From contig OX597820.1 of assembly GCA_951406725.2 (NCBI GenBank), forward strand, positions 57,660,001 through 57,724,000: a stretch of 64,000 nt of DNA, given 5' to 3'. Shown here in pieces: positions 40,008 to 55,082 of this stretch. Position 1 is the stretch's first letter; every line of letters starts with the position of its first letter. The notes below the pieces were generated by a model. It saw only the letters and a program-made list of their open reading frames with translations. It searched no databases and had not been told where the DNA came from. Position numbers and translations under genes: made by a program. This DNA is from Octopus vulgaris (taxonomy: Eukaryota).

Positions 40008-40449
40008 TATAGTCGCTGGAGGAAGCTTATAATTTCTGAAAGAAGCTTATAATCGCTGGAGAAAGCGTATAGTCGTTGGAGGAACCTCATAGTCGATGGA
40101 AAAAACTTATAATCGCTGGAGGAAGCTTATAATCGTTAGAAGAAGCATATAATCGCTGGAGGAAACTTGTAGTCGCTTGAGAAATCTTATAATCGCTGCA
40201 AGAAGATTATAGTCGCTGGAAGAAGCTTATAATTACTGAAAGAAGTTTATAATCGCTGGAGAAAGCGTATAGTCGCTGGAGGAACTTATAGTCGCTGGAA
40301 GAAGCTTATAATCACTGGAGGAAGCTTGTAATCACTGGAGGAAGCTTATAATCGTTGGAGGAAGCATATAATCACTGGAGGAAGCTTATAATCGCTTGAG
40401 GAAGCTTATAATCGCTGGAGAAAGTTTATAGTTGCCGGAAGAAGCTTAC
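40008..40449. repeat. 20-bp minisatellite, about 22 units (consensus TATAATCGCTGGAGGAAGCT)
   Basis: Directly visible period-20 array with unit variants. Confidence 0.95.
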
Positions 40450-41459
40450 ACAGAACTGAAGAATATCTCAGTCCCCGTAAGTAAATCCTACTGCTCGCCC
40501 AGTTGCATCATATTATCTTGTGCTTTACTAGTTTTCTGTACTTTACCATTTCTTGTATTTTAGTCATTGCCATTTTATTCCGTCTCCCACGCAAGTTCAA
40601 TAAGCCATAAGTTCTCTTTCACTGATTGCGAAGTAATTATTTCACAAATTAGTTTCCCATATAAAATCAGTCAAATAAATTCTAATGAATTCTTCCGTAC
40701 GCGTCATTGCTTCTCTTTACATTTACAATTCTATCATCATCATCATCATCGTCGTCGTCGTCGTCACTATCAGCATCAGCAGCAGTACCACCACTAGCAC
40801 GACCATCACCAACAACAACAACATCGTCGTCGTCGTTATAGTCGCCGCTACTGCCACTACTACGACTACCATCGTCGAGAGCCAACGAAAGCAAGTTCTA
40901 CGTGGTTACACAACCTGCTAGAAATAGCAGACAAATCTCACCCGTGTATATCATCCTGACGCCCATCTGATGAAAGATGTATCCTTGGGTCGATTTCTTC
41001 GACTAAAGGCGGTGCTCCAGCATGGCCGCAGTCACATGACTGAAAGAAATAAAAGAATAAAAGGATAAATGAATATACAGACTTACTTCTACGTAATTGA
41101 TTGTTACGACGGCGAGTGTTCCATTGATCCGATCAACGGAACATCCTGCTCGTGGAACTAACATGCAAGTGGCTGAGTACTCCACAGACATGGTGTGCCG
41201 TTAACGTAGTTTCCAGGGAAATTAAGCGTGACAAGGCTGGCCAATTGAACTACAGGTACAACTCACCTTTTTATGAGCTGAATGAAATGGAGCAACGTGA
41301 AATAGGATGTCTTATTCCGGCAGGAATCGAACTCACGACAATGCGATCGTTAACCGAACGCTTCCTCACACTTATACACGTGCTTGTGTGTGTATGTGCA
41401 TGTGCGTGTATGCATGTGCGTGTGTATGTGTGTGTACGTGCGCGCACGTGGGTGTGCGA

Positions 41460-41499
<40 letters not shown>

Positions 41500-41502
41500 C
41501 AT

Positions 41503-41900
41503 ACTCTTTTACTCTATTTCAGTCATGTGACTGTGGCCATGCTGGAGCACCGCCTTTAGTCGAGCAAAGCGACCCCAGGACTTATTCTTTGTAAGCCTAG
41601 TACTTATTCTATGGGTCTCTTTTGCCGAACCGCTAAGTTACGATGACGTAAATACACCAGCATCGGTTGTCAAGCGATGTTGGGGGGAAAACACAGATAC
41701 ACAAACATGTACATATATATATATATATCCATATATACGACGGGCTTCTCTTCAGTTTCCGTCTACCAAATCCACTCACAAGGCTTTGGTGGGCCCGAGG
41801 TTATAGTAGAAGACACTTGCCCAAGGTGCCACGCAGTGGGACTGAACTCAGAACTATGTGGTTCGTAAGCAAGCTACTTACCACACAGCCACTCCTACGT
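41503..41900 (-). mobile_element. SINE family A
   Basis: Full reverse-complement copy. Confidence 0.9.
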
Positions 41901-42662
41901 GTATACGTATTTATATAGATATGTGTATGTGTGGATCTATTTATTAGCAAGCACACGCAGATACTCACACGCACACGCACTGTCATACGAACATGCATTT
42001 TATACATATTTATTATTTATTTATTCAAGCTGGTGGCGGTTCCTTTTTTTGTCTTTCACGCAGTTGTTTTCGTTACAAATTATAGAGTTGTAACTAGACA
42101 TGAAAACAAATACAAGAAAAAAAAAATTACACTTTACAAAAATGCTTTAAAAATATATACCAAAAAGAGTCTTTATAAAAAAAAAATAATAATAACAAAA
42201 TATAACGAAGGAAAAATATTTCGAAAAATTTAAAGAACAACCACGAAGAAGAAAGACAAAACTATGATAATGTTAAATCAACACTTCTGACACCTGTGTT
42301 TCTGTATCATAAAGAAAAATCTCAAGACGATGACTGATTGCTGAGGAGAGAGAAAGCGATTGGCGACCTCACAGAGACAAGTATTACAATGAAGAAACAA
42401 CTCTTCGGAATAAATACATAAATGCGATGTGTGGCAAGGAAACAGATGCGTTCTTGGAATGGCAATGTGTGTGTGTGTGTGTGTGTGTGTGTGCCATGGC
42501 TATTGTTGTTGTTGTTGTTATTGTTGGGTGTTGTTGGTTATGCTGGTGGTGGTGGTGGGAGTGGGTGGAAGTGGAGGTGGTTGGAAGCGGTTGTTGGTGT
42601 TCTTAAAAATTGTTCTTTGTTATCAAGTTTTGTTTCCCTGTTATGTGCGTGTGTCAGAGGGT

Positions 42663-42710
<48 letters not shown>

Positions 42711-42769
42711 GAAAAGAAAGAGAAGAGAAAGACATGGATTGAGATGGTGTGTTTTTGTCTTTGTGTCCT

Positions 42770-42819
<50 letters not shown>

Positions 42820-43121
42820 TGTGTGCATATGTGCGTGTGTGTGTATGTGCGTGGTTGTTCATGATTTCTGCTGCGTATATATATGAATTTCAATTGTCGA
42901 TATATACATACATATATCGACAGCTAGATAGACAGACAGACAGACAGACAAATAGACAGACAGACGGACAGACAGATAGATAGATAGACAGACAGACAGA
43001 TAGATACATAGATAGATAGATAGAAAGATAGAGAGAGATACACGTATATGTTCATCCGTCTGTGTGTATATGTAAATGTATACATGTATATCTGAATGTA
43101 TCTATTACACCGAAATACACG

Positions 43122-43184
<63 letters not shown>

Positions 43185-43368
43185 TTACACTACGTTTTTG
43201 TACTTCTTAATAGAATTAGAGTTCTGGAAACACGAAGAGTCCAGGCTGACGAAAGTCAACCATTTTTCAACCACAATCCAATAGCCAAATCCAAAATGAA
43301 AAGGAAACGTGATCTCTGCGAAATTTGAACTCTGAGATAAATGAGCTGACACACAAACACACACACAC

Positions 43369-43423
<55 letters not shown>

Positions 43424-43428
<5 letters not shown>

Positions 43429-43774
43429 CGTTTTGATCACCGTGACCGACCAGTTGCTATCAGATGTTGCTACACATCGCTGGTCACAATACATTTCGCA
43501 TTGTTTTAGTCCTTCTTGGAATAACGCCACCCCGTCTGGCAGGTACCGCAAATGTAGCGAAGACTGTTCCTGGCTCGTTGTAATGCCATAGTTTCTTGTT
43601 GACGTCTCTTCTTTTCTTTCCATTTCTCCTCTCTCTATCTCTCTGTCACTCCTTTGTATTCCCTCTTTTACGGTACGTCGCCATTCTCCACGGTTGCCGT
43701 TCATCTAGGAATCGAAACCGTGATCCTATGACCGCGAGTCCGCTGCCCCTAACCACTGGGTCATTGCGCCTCCA
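43424..43774 (-). mobile_element. SINE family D, centre replaced by an RTE-like 3' fragment
   Basis: Tail tcaccgtgaccgaccag.. and head ..ccactgggtcattgcgcctcca; insert translates NRGEWRRTVKEGIQRS (RTE end-like). Confidence 0.75.
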
Positions 43775-43779
43775 CATAT

Positions 43780-43883
<104 letters not shown>

Positions 43884-43886
43884 ATG

Positions 43887-44200
43887 TGGAGGCGCAGTGA
43901 CCCAGTGGTGGGGCAGTGGACTTCGCGGTTGTAGAATCGCGGTTTAGATTCCCAGACCGAGCGTTGTGAGTGTTTATTGAGCGAAAACACCTAAAAAGCT
44001 CCACGGGCCTCCTGTAGGGCGTGGTGGCGATCCCAGCTGTATTCTTTCGCCACAACTTTCTCTCACTCTTTCTTCTGTTGGCCTGCTCGCTTAGCCATCG
44101 GGGTGGCGTCATTTGAAGGCTAAAACAATGCGAAGCGCATTGTGACCAGCGACGTGTAACAACATCTGATAGTCTGGTCGGTCACGGTGATCACGGTGAT
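43887..44200 (+). mobile_element. SINE family D, full length
   Basis: tggaggcgcagtgacccagtgg head to ..ggtcggtcacggtgatcacggtgat tail. Confidence 0.85.
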
Positions 44201-44411
44201 ATATATATATATATATATATAAGAATTTTCTATATAAAAAGCTCATTCTTGATGAATCCCTGAAAGAGACGAAAATGCTAAATAAATATTTTTATCCAAA
44301 TCCCGACTACTTTCTTTTTCTTAATGTATATAATCTGTATACCACTTCAAACAATCTATACATACATACATACATACATACATACATACATACATACATA
44401 CATACATACGA

Positions 44412-44769
44412 CTCGACTCCGTCGGTCACGAATGACCTTGGGTGCACCTAACAGGTTCCCCTCCGGGATACACGTCTTGGCGGAAAGTCGGTTCACCGGC
44501 GTACACACAACCTAGGGTTGTTTTTATGGAAGGCCAGCAGTTGCTCATGCATAGCAGCCCCCTCCTCCTCCACACCACTGATGTTATCCAAGGGAAAGGC
44601 AAAGGCCGATACAACTTGGCACTAGTGACGTGGAAACTCATTTCTGCAGCTGAGTGAACTGGAGCAGCGTGAATATAGTGTTTTGGCCAAGAACACAACG
44701 TGCAGCCCGGTCCGAGAATCGAACTCACAACCTCACGATCATAAGCTCTAACCACTGAGCCATGCGCCT
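44412..44769 (-). mobile_element. SINE family C
   Basis: Reverse complement of the 3850-4128 family. Confidence 0.85.
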
Positions 44770-45629
44770 TTACATAGATGAACGGCAAAGTCATCGACGG
44801 CGGAATTTGAACTCAGAACGTGAAGGCAGACGAAATACTGATAAGACTTTGCCTGTGTTAACTAGATCTCAAAGATGGGGCCTTGTATCTTTGTTGGAAA
44901 CCGGCTCCCTCCTCAGTGGAAGATTTATAATAATTAAAACATAGAAGAGACACACATACATAGATTTAGTTTTTCGAAGAAAGAGTAAAAAAACAAAAAA
45001 CCGATACGGATTCCCCAGTTCCAATCAATTTGTGTAGCACTCCAAAGATTCTTCATTTGAGATCCTTTTGATGGTTGGAAGCCGAGATTTGGATCCGTGT
45101 TGAGAACCCCTGGACTAGACGCTTCAAGGCGATGCCCCAACATGCTCACAATCTAATGAAGTAAAAGATATACTCTGACACAAGCGTACACACATACGTT
45201 TGTATGTATGTGTATATGAGTGAATCTGACTGATGTATGAATGCGTTAAACGTATTCAGTAAGAAGGAGAGAAAAATGGAAGAGCGAAAAGCTAAATTAT
45301 TTAACTCTACATTAACAAGTATGATTATAGACACCTCTTATATAAAAGCATACATAGTTGAACAAATACCAACAGAAAACTAACCTTCCTCCCGAAATAC
45401 CACTTATCTACCAATCTCCCTTCGAAATACACCCATGCAGATATATATATATATTCCTTCCACCTTGTCAGACTATTTATATACATATGTGTATAAACAT
45501 ACTCTTACCATCGTTCATACATGCATAAATTTACACCTGTTTGTAAATTTATCTTCGTCTATTTATACTCATCACATGCATTCACAGAAGGGCGCTAATG
45601 CGGATACGTAGATGTACATATATACATGT

Positions 45630-45684
<55 letters not shown>

Positions 45685-45760
45685 TACATGTATATATGTA
45701 TGTATACATATATTTGTGTATGTATGAATATGTACATACATATGTATGCGGGTATATGTA

Positions 45761-45829
<69 letters not shown>

Positions 45830-45832
45830 TCA

Positions 45833-45988
45833 TTTACTCTTTTACTTGTTTCAATCATTTGACTGTGGCCTTCCTGGAGCACCGCCTTTAGTCGAGCAAA
45901 TCGACCCCAGGACTTATTCTTTGTAAACCTAGTACTTATTATATCAATCTCTGTTGCCGAACCGCTAAGTTACGGGGACAAACACAGA

Positions 45989-46054
<66 letters not shown>

Positions 46055-46220
46055 CACAACGAGCTTCTTTCAGTTTTCGTCTACTAAATCCACTCACAAG
46101 GCTTTGGTCGGCCTGAGGCTATAGTAGAAGACACTTGGGCAAGGTGCCACGCGGCGGGACTGAACCTGGAACCATGTGGTTGGTAAGCAAGCTACTTAGC
46201 ACACAGCCACTCCTACGCCT
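45833..46220 (-). mobile_element. SINE family A
   Basis: Reverse-complement copy with internal deletion. Confidence 0.88.
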
Positions 46221-46312
46221 ATATATATATAGCACACACATATTCGTAGGCATGTATGTGATCCTGCAAATAGAATTGGAATGCATGTACATTCTAGCAA
46301 AAATTCTACACA

Positions 46313-46357
<45 letters not shown>

Positions 46358-46634
46358 TACATACACACACATTTATATAGTTTTGTTTTAGTATTTATCT
46401 GTGTCTAGGTGTATACTCACACGTATGTATATACACAATCGGGCAGTTAACTGAGCAGCTATCTTGATATTTGTAAAGCAAGTTTTTAGAAGATAAGTAA
46501 TAACTATGTCTCTACATAATAGTATGCGTGTATATATGTATGTGTGTGTGTGTGTGTGTGTGTGTTTGACGAAGTACGTCTGTATAGGTGTATAGGTGTA
46601 TTTCGAGAGAAAATGAAAATGAACAGAACAATAA

Positions 46635-47192
46635 TCTTTTCTACACTAGGCATAAAGCTCGAAATTTTGGGGGAGGCGGCCAGTCGGTTAGATAGACCCC
46701 AGTACGCAACTGGTGCTTAATTCATCGACGCCCCCGAAAGGTTGAAAGGCAAAGTTGACCTCGGCGGAATTTGAACTCAGACGTAATTTGCAGGCAGGCG
46801 AAATACCTATTTCTTTACTACCCACAAGGGGCTAAACACACACAGAGAGGACAAACAAGGACAGAGAAACGGATTAAGTTGATTATATCGACCCCAGTGC
46901 GTAACTGGTACTTATTCAAACTACCCCGAAAAGATGAAAGGCAAAGTCGACCTCAGCGAAATTTGAACTCAGAACGTAACGGCAGGCGAAATACCTATTT
47001 TTTTACTACCCACAAGGGGCTAAACACACACAGAGAGGACAAACAAGGACAGACAAACGGATTAAGCTGATTATATCGACCCCAGTGCGTAACTGGTACT
47101 TATTCAAAGTCGACCCCGGCGTAATTTGAACTCAGAACGTAAAGGCAGGCGAAATACCGCTAAGCATTTCGCCCGGCGTGCTAACGTTTCTA
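46635..47192 (-). mobile_element. Head-to-tail array of SINE B (3 units)
   Basis: Junctions aatacc|tattt at 46802-46807 and 46990-46995. Confidence 0.9.
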
Positions 47193-47223
47193 CTATTTTG
47201 TCGAACAACAACAACAACAACAA

Positions 47224-47289
<66 letters not shown>

Positions 47290-47452
47290 GGAAGAACGCC
47301 AAATATTCAAATTAAAACAAAGCATGACTGGATCCGATTCCAGCGAGTGGCATTCTTATATATGCTCATCATTATGCGCACACATATATACACTCACAAA
47401 TTGATATATACGCGCGAACAGACATATATCAATATGCATACAAACACACGCA

Positions 47453-47487
<35 letters not shown>

Positions 47488-47619
47488 GCGCGCGCGCGTT
47501 AACACGAATACATGCAAAGCAACATACATCGGATAAGCAAACATACCATAAGCATGTATGCGGACACACATGCATACATTAATACGAAATTTATAGACTC
47601 TCTCACACACACACGCACG

Positions 47620-47651
<32 letters not shown>

Positions 47652-48612
47652 CACACATATATATACATACATATATATATACATATATATACACATATAT
47701 ATGCATGCACTTTTACATCTATATATAGGTGCATATATGTATGCATATATATATATATGCACACACATATACATACTAACATTCATATATGCATGTATTC
47801 ATGCATACCTACATACATTGCTCCATATATACATATATTCCCCACACATACACGCACAGACATGCACACACACACACACACCTCGCACATACCACCCACA
47901 TACACATACCATTCATTCCCTTATGTCAGCAGGTGGCGGTGAAGAGAGCAGACGAGAGATAACCGAATTTGAAATAGAAACTTGGAGAGTTGAATGTCGT
48001 GGGCGGATTCAGGGCAAACATTCATTTAGTTCATAAATTCTTCTTCTTGTTCTTGTTCTTGCAGTTGTTCTGCATCTCCCTCCTTATCTTCCTCCTCCGC
48101 CTCCACCCTTCTTCTTCTTCTTCTTCTTCTTCTTCTTCTTCTTCTTCTTCTTCTTCTTCTTCTTCTTCTTCTTCTTCTTCTTCTTCCTTTACTTTCCCTC
48201 CTTTCTTTCCTTCATCCGTTCCACCCTACCTTTCTTTCCTTTAATCTCTCTTATTTCTTTGTTTTGTATGTGCACGTGTATGTGTACGTGTGTGAGCTTG
48301 AGTGTCTGTGTATATGCGTGTGCTTTGTTGCGGCTGGCAGTAGCTTTTTTTCATTTTATGAGAGGCAGCATATGCCTAAATCTACATACATAAACACATT
48401 CCTGTGTATGTCGTAATATACATGCGCAAGTATCTCTCTGTGTGCTTGTGGATTAGTTTGACTGTCTGACGTCATTCACAGCTCAGTGTATGTTTTTACA
48501 TTTGTCTAGGAGGGAAATTTTCTCCTGGATTATTCTGGACTATTTCTGAAGCGAAAGTTCCTCTCAGGTCCTAATATATTCGAGAGTGTGTTAAATATCT
48601 CAGTACGCGAGT

Positions 48613-48775
<163 letters not shown>

Positions 48776-49069
48776 AGTATACGTGAGTAAGAACTTGCAC
48801 AGAAGGATTTCAAAGGAACACACGTAGAAATCACACACAAGACAAGCTCATCACACACAAGTCATGCTCACCTTTCATCAGTTATCGGCCAAAGTTCATC
48901 ACAATTTCGCGCTATTACTGATATGTCATTGTGTGTGTGTGTGTTTGTGTATGTGTGTGTATGTGTATATAAGTCTTGGGGTCAATTTACTCGACTACAG
49001 GCGGTGCTCCAGCTTGGCCGCATTCAAATGATTGAAAACAAGTAAAAAAGTAAAACACTATCGGTCTCA

Positions 49070-49325
49070 CATATGTGCTAACGTTTCTTCCAGCTCGCCG
49101 AATTATATTCTTTTCTACTCTAGGCACAAGGCCCGAAATTTTTGGGATGGGACCAGTCAATTAGATCGATTCCAGTATGCAACTGGTACTAAATTTATCG
49201 ATCTCGAAAAGGATGAGAAGCAAAGTCGACCTCGGTGGCATTTTGAACTCAGAACATAAAGACAGACGAAACACCGCTAAGCATTTCGCTCGGCGTGCTA
49301 ACGTTTCTGCCAGTTCGCCGCCTTA
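49070..49325 (-). mobile_element. SINE B with partial duplicated head
   Basis: gtgctaacgtttct..cag.tcgccg occurs at both ends. Confidence 0.8.
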
Positions 49326-49937
49326 CCATTAATAATATATTGCAAAACCATGAACATGTTCGCAGTCTTTTCTATAGGAACAGGAACACCTTAAGTGTAC
49401 AAGCCACTTAACAGAAACCTCATTAAACAACTTTTCAACTTTGATGTAAATATGATTGTTAAGTAAGATATAGCGTAATGAAATATGCTAACATTAACTT
49501 GACTATTGTTTTACATACGGATGGCGTCTCCGAGTAGTGTTAATTTTTGTTTTTTTTCTAATATAATTCCATTCAGATCTAGAATGATTTATAGGGATTA
49601 TTAAGACGATATCTGTTCTTGTTTAGCGATTTATTTTATAAAACACCAGATACAGTAAACAGCTTACACGCGCACATTAGACTAGGGCACATCATCAAAA
49701 TTCAACAACACACAATCATGTAGAGTCGCACGTATTTACGCACGCGCGCGCACACACACACGCACACACACATCTCACACCTCACACACACACCTCTCTA
49801 ACATCACTATAACGACCAGACGATCGAATGTTGTTATACGTCGTTGGTCTCAGCGTTGTACCTTTCGAATGGTGGCAGCCCACCGGTTAGACGGCCTAGC
49901 CAACATTTGCCTATACATACATACATACATACATACA

Positions 49938-49971
<34 letters not shown>

Positions 49972-50179
49972 CATACATACATGCTGCTGAGACCCCCTTC
50001 GGTCATGACTGACCATAGGATTGCACCCAGAAAGTTACCCTCCAAGGCACAAGTCCGGGCAAGGTAGTTTATGAAACTGGGTTCTTTGGAACTTGGAGTT
50101 CGCTAATGTACATGAGAATGAGATTGGAAAGAAGAAGACAAAGCTCTATAAGTGCCCCACCCCATACATCTTTCCTTCT

Positions 50180-51000
50180 GTGTACTTCCACCTATTTTCC
50201 GTTCAGGTAATGATAAATTCTCCCTGAACCGATGTCACATAAAGACCGAGTATTTCACCATTCTTAAACAATCTAGAAACGTCTAATATATTGTGTTATT
50301 GAAGATTACACTTGAGATATCCACAAATTAAGAATAATTATATTTCTAGTGTATGTACCAAACTCCAGCTATGGCATTCATTATTCACAGGAATTCTTTG
50401 ACAACTTTCAAGAAGTAATAAATTATCTTCCACCAAACGAAGAATTTCTTATAATGGGAGATTTTAATGCTGTAATTGGAAATGATAAGAATGAAGACTG
50501 GACACGAGTTATGCGAAAATATAGAATTGGAATTCATAATGAAAGAAAATTAAATCTTCTCAATTTTTGTACAATTAATAATCTCATTTACTCTAATTGT
50601 ATATTCACACGCAACGAGTGTAAGCGTTTATATATATGGATTTGAGCAGACGGACGAACGAAAAGTCAGAGAGAGAGATTGCAAATTAATTGCCTGCCAA
50701 GGTGATGGAAATCCCACCTGAAAAACTGTAGAACATAATTCTGCGGAAACAGGGTCTCATTATTCGCTAGAAATGGCAAGCATTAACATTCTGTCAAAAG
50801 TACGACATCGGACATACACGAAATCTTTTTTAAATGCTGCATTCTAGAGAAACTATGCACACATATTCACCTATACACAAACATACACATACACACACAC
50901 GCACACGCGCGTGCACACACACCCACACATAAACACACACATGCGCGCGCACACAACATACACACGCACACAAGCACACACACACAAGCACACACACACA

Positions 51001-51067
<67 letters not shown>

Positions 51068-52452
51068 ACAGACGCACATAAGCACATATCCATCACAAGA
51101 AATTTGAAATTGAAGTTGTATGCCGATTAGATGCGTTTTCAGAGCAAGATGGTACGGAGAATTTTCGGAGAATTTTTTTCATACAATCAAAAAATATTGT
51201 GCATTACANNNNNNNNNNNNNNNNNNNNNNNNNNNNNNNNNNNNNNNNNNNNNNNNNNNNNNNNNNNNNNNNNNNNNNNNNNNNNNNNNNNNNNNNNNNN
51301 NNNNNNNNTGTGCATTACATAGCAGGAGAAGAAATTGGCATCAAAAAACACCGACAGACAAATGGAAGTTCTATCGGCAGACGCTGTAGATATGTGTGAT
51401 AAAAACGAAAGTAAGCGAAATCGCATATGATTGCCTTTCAACATAACACCGATTTCAGAAATAGATATAAAGAATTAAACAAAAATCAAAAAATACTTGA
51501 GAGACAATAGAAGAATAAAAATCTAATAACCAAAAATACAAGTAAAAGAAGAACGCTTTCTAAAGAAATAAATACATATTAGCTATTTCAGCGAACCAGA
51601 CAACTGGAAGGAGGGAAAATCTCGAAATGGTGTTGGTAGTAAAAGAGTCGCAAGGAATGCTGCAAGTGAAACAAACAATGCATTAATCAGATGATGAATG
51701 CATTTTGAAAAGCATTTCAGTACACAATTCTTTGATAAAGATGAAACTTAATGCGAGATAGACCAAATAACATTGATTATGGCATAGGAAACTTCTCACC
51801 AATCACTAAAATAAATAAGTCGAAAATGCTATTAAATAGTTTAAAACAGAAAATGGGTAAGATCAAGATACGCCAGGTATGGGTAGCACACAGACAGTAA
51901 TAATCAATACAAGCTAGTTCTGTAATGATAAAGACATAAAAATTGTTTAATCAAATCATTACAAAAGAAAAGTCTCCCAACAGACTGGTCAATAATAATA
52001 GCGAACCTCATCCATAAGGAAGGAAATAAATTGAATCCAGAAAATAATATTACTTTCAATTCCTGGAAAAGTATTTTATGAGATTCTACTAAGCAGATGT
52101 GCACCAATAACCATAAGAAGCTTAAGCGAAACGCAATGTGGTTTTTAGACCAGCAAGAAGAACAATTGATGCCGTCTTTATTGCCTGTCAAGAATCAGAA
52201 AAAGGCAGGGAGACATAAAATTCCACTGCATTTTCATTTCATTACTTTTAAATTAGTTTTCGATACAATATAACGGAAAGCGCCATAGAAGGTGTTGTTG
52301 TAGATACGAGATCATCAAAAGATTGTGTCAGTTATAAAATACATGTACACAATGTGCTGTACACCTTAGAGAACTTGCGCTGATTGGTTTTGAGTAATTG
52401 CTGAAGCTAAACAATGATGTATTACGTCACCGAGCTTCTTTAATATTTTCCC
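50180..52452 (+). pseudogene. Decayed RTE-type LINE (APE endonuclease plus RT), interrupted by microsatellite and gap
   Basis: VYVPNS..EFFDNFQEVIN..LIMGDFNAVIG..NERKLNLLNFC (APE); LPTDW..LIHKEGNK.NPEN, QCGF, degenerate F.DF..AFD and SP..FNIF RT motifs. Confidence 0.82.
51209..51308. other. Assembly gap (100 N)
   Basis: Run of N. Confidence 1.
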
Positions 52453-52743
52453 TATTAGCTAACCAACCAAACCAAACTAAATCAAACTAAACCAACCAGC
52501 CTACCAGCCAACCAACCAACCAACCAGCCAGTTAACCAACAAATCCACCAACCAACCAATTTAATAACTGTCTAACTAATATGTACAAACATTGATGGAA
52601 GTGTTTCCCTTTCAAGCACATATACATACACTTGTATTTCGTATGCATGCATGCATCCATCCTTCCATTCATACGTCCACCCATCCATCCATCCATGCAT
52701 GCATGCAAACATACATACATACATACATACATACATACATACA

Positions 52744-52775
<32 letters not shown>

Positions 52776-52879
52776 CTCAGAAATGTAGTAAAGCAAGGAA
52801 ACTATATCAAGAATTTCAATAAAAATCAATCAGCATTGTTGAGTGAAAAGAGAGGGCAATCAATGAAGGTCATAGAGGG

Positions 52880-55080
52880 TCCTTCCCATGAAGTTATGAA
52901 TTCATTCTGAGAGAAAGTTTGGGGAGAGGGAAAAAGGATTTAATGAAGATGCAGTCTGGTTAGAAGTAGTGTTGTCCCTGCATTGCATCACAAGCAAAAG
53001 AATATCAATGGCGATATTCTTCAGAGGTGATAGGAGAGTGTCAGGATAAAACAGGGCATGAAAGGGCCTTGATTGTCATCTACTCAATAAAAAAACGTGA
53101 CCTTCTATTGAGGGTATTTTATTGATCTTTACCAGCTTTCTGTCAATGGAGATATAAATATAGCAAGTTTTTGGTATTGGCAAAAATACAAATTTGAAAC
53201 CGGGAAAAAAATCATTCACACGGTTTAGAATTTGTCATAAATGAATGCATAGGATGCACGCAGTACATACAGAACTCCTCCCTCTGGATCATAATTGTGA
53301 TAGTAATACTATCTCCACGACTGAACACGCAGCTTAAGAAACGATATGAAGTTTGAGAATGTATTAGGCAATTTGATCTATTAAACAAAACTATAGTGTG
53401 AGCGGTTCGTCGGCATAGGAAAAAATTTAGCTGCAGAGGGCTGGATTACAAGGAGACTGTTGGCTCTATCGCTCCACTCCTTAATGCTAGAGATCCTTCA
53501 ACTAGAATGGAAGGTACGATAATCAGAGCGTGTTGGGTAATCATCATGAAATTAAATACAGAAGGTCATTGAACTGCATATTGTTCCTGATAGGAAAAAG
53601 TATCCTCTCAGGGTGTATTTCAAGGAGACGATTTCTTCTTCTTCTTCTTCTTCTTCTTCTTCTTCTTCTTCTTCTTCTTCTTCTTCTTCTTCTTCTTCTT
53701 CTTCTTCTTCTTCTTCTTTGTGTGTATGTGTGTGTGTCTGTGTCTAAGTGAACACTTTGTCCTTAATCTTCAGAGTACGTATTTAACTCGCAGGAAAACA
53801 GAAACATCACCCTGACATGTAGTTTCTTTGTGGTTGTCCTGAAAATACATGCCAAAAATATGAACGATACGAAGACGCACTTTGACCTCGTTGGGACATT
53901 CTCAGAGGATATAGAAATGAAGTTCGGTCTCAAACATCTCTACTTGGTTATAAAACGAGGGATAATTATAAGCTTGTGAGAAACATCTCTATCAATGGCC
54001 AAGCTATTTCTCCGATATAATACTCGGATGAAAATTATAGTCTTTTGTACTATATATTAGTTTACTGTGCGAATACTTATACCAACATTTTGGTTTTACG
54101 ATTGGACGCTAGATGAGATTCGAGCAATTGATGTTAAGAACCAGAAAGTCATTAACCACCACCAGATATTTGCCTATCGATAGTAATAATAAAAGATGCA
54201 GAGCCTTAGCGTCGATTCAATCATCCTTCCAGTGCCACATCATATCTCTTCGTTAACATTTACTAACGATAAGTGTTAAAGCGCATCCAGCGATCAAATC
54301 TACGTAAATAAGGCAGATGACATCGTGAGAGTTAGAAAGAAGTTCTTGCGAACGTGTTCCTTGGCTGATGACCCGGAATTCGTACGTAGAAGTTGCTTCA
54401 CTCAGCCACAACACAGCTTCGGATGAAAAGCTTTTTCCTTATCAGCATGTTATGTATGGATGGCAAGATGGATTATAGGTGGCGAGTTGGCGAAATTATT
54501 AGCGCGTTGGATAAAATGCTTAACGACATTTCTTCCGGCTCTTTACCTTCTGAGTTCAAATACTGCCGAGGGCAATTTTGCCTTTCATCTTTCAGTGTCA
54601 ATAAAACAAAGTACCAGTCAAGTACCTTTGACGATGTAATTGATTAGCTCCTCCCTTTGAAACTGCTGGCCTCGTGCCAAAATTTGAAACCATTTTGTCG
54701 TCAGAAAACTACAAAGTGAACAGTTACGTACATTACTACAGAAGTCAAGCTCGAATCAACAGCCATTTTGTTAACTCTCATTTTGAAAGTTATACTTTAG
54801 CAACCTCAGAACAAGAAATAACAACGAAATGCTAGAGTTATAAAAGAATTAAGAGTGCAAGTAAAACTTCTAGATGTGACATGTGATGCAAGCTTTGTTG
54901 ATTTATCATCAAAATGTTAAATCACATCCTCACGTAATAAACTGCTCTTCAAATACGATTCTATCTGCCGGTATAGCATGATGCCGTGACGAGAAGATAA
55001 TTCAATATAATCCATAGAACGGCTTGTGCCGAAAACAGAAATGTATGATGCCACATCAATGCAGAAAGTATAGTCACATA
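52880..55080 (+). pseudogene. Highly decayed R4/Dong-like RLE-type LINE, interrupted by (CTT)n and a SINE B (54478-54690)
   Basis: Fragments FNEDAVWLE, LLNKTIV..RKNL..LDYK, QGVFQGD, FDLVGTFSEDIEMKFGL, DWTLDEIRAIDVK, SHFESY..SEQEI, FYLPV.HDAV. Confidence 0.72.
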
Positions 55081-55082
55081 TC

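Noticed and set aside
40008-40449. CRISPR-like appearance of the periodic array
   Set aside because: Contiguous 20-bp units without unique spacers; eukaryotic context; no cas genes
44244-44285. Possible hammerhead (ttgatga-atccc-tgaaa-gagac-gaaa)
   Set aside because: Core and stem II both mismatched and no clear NUH/stem I; at most a decayed relic
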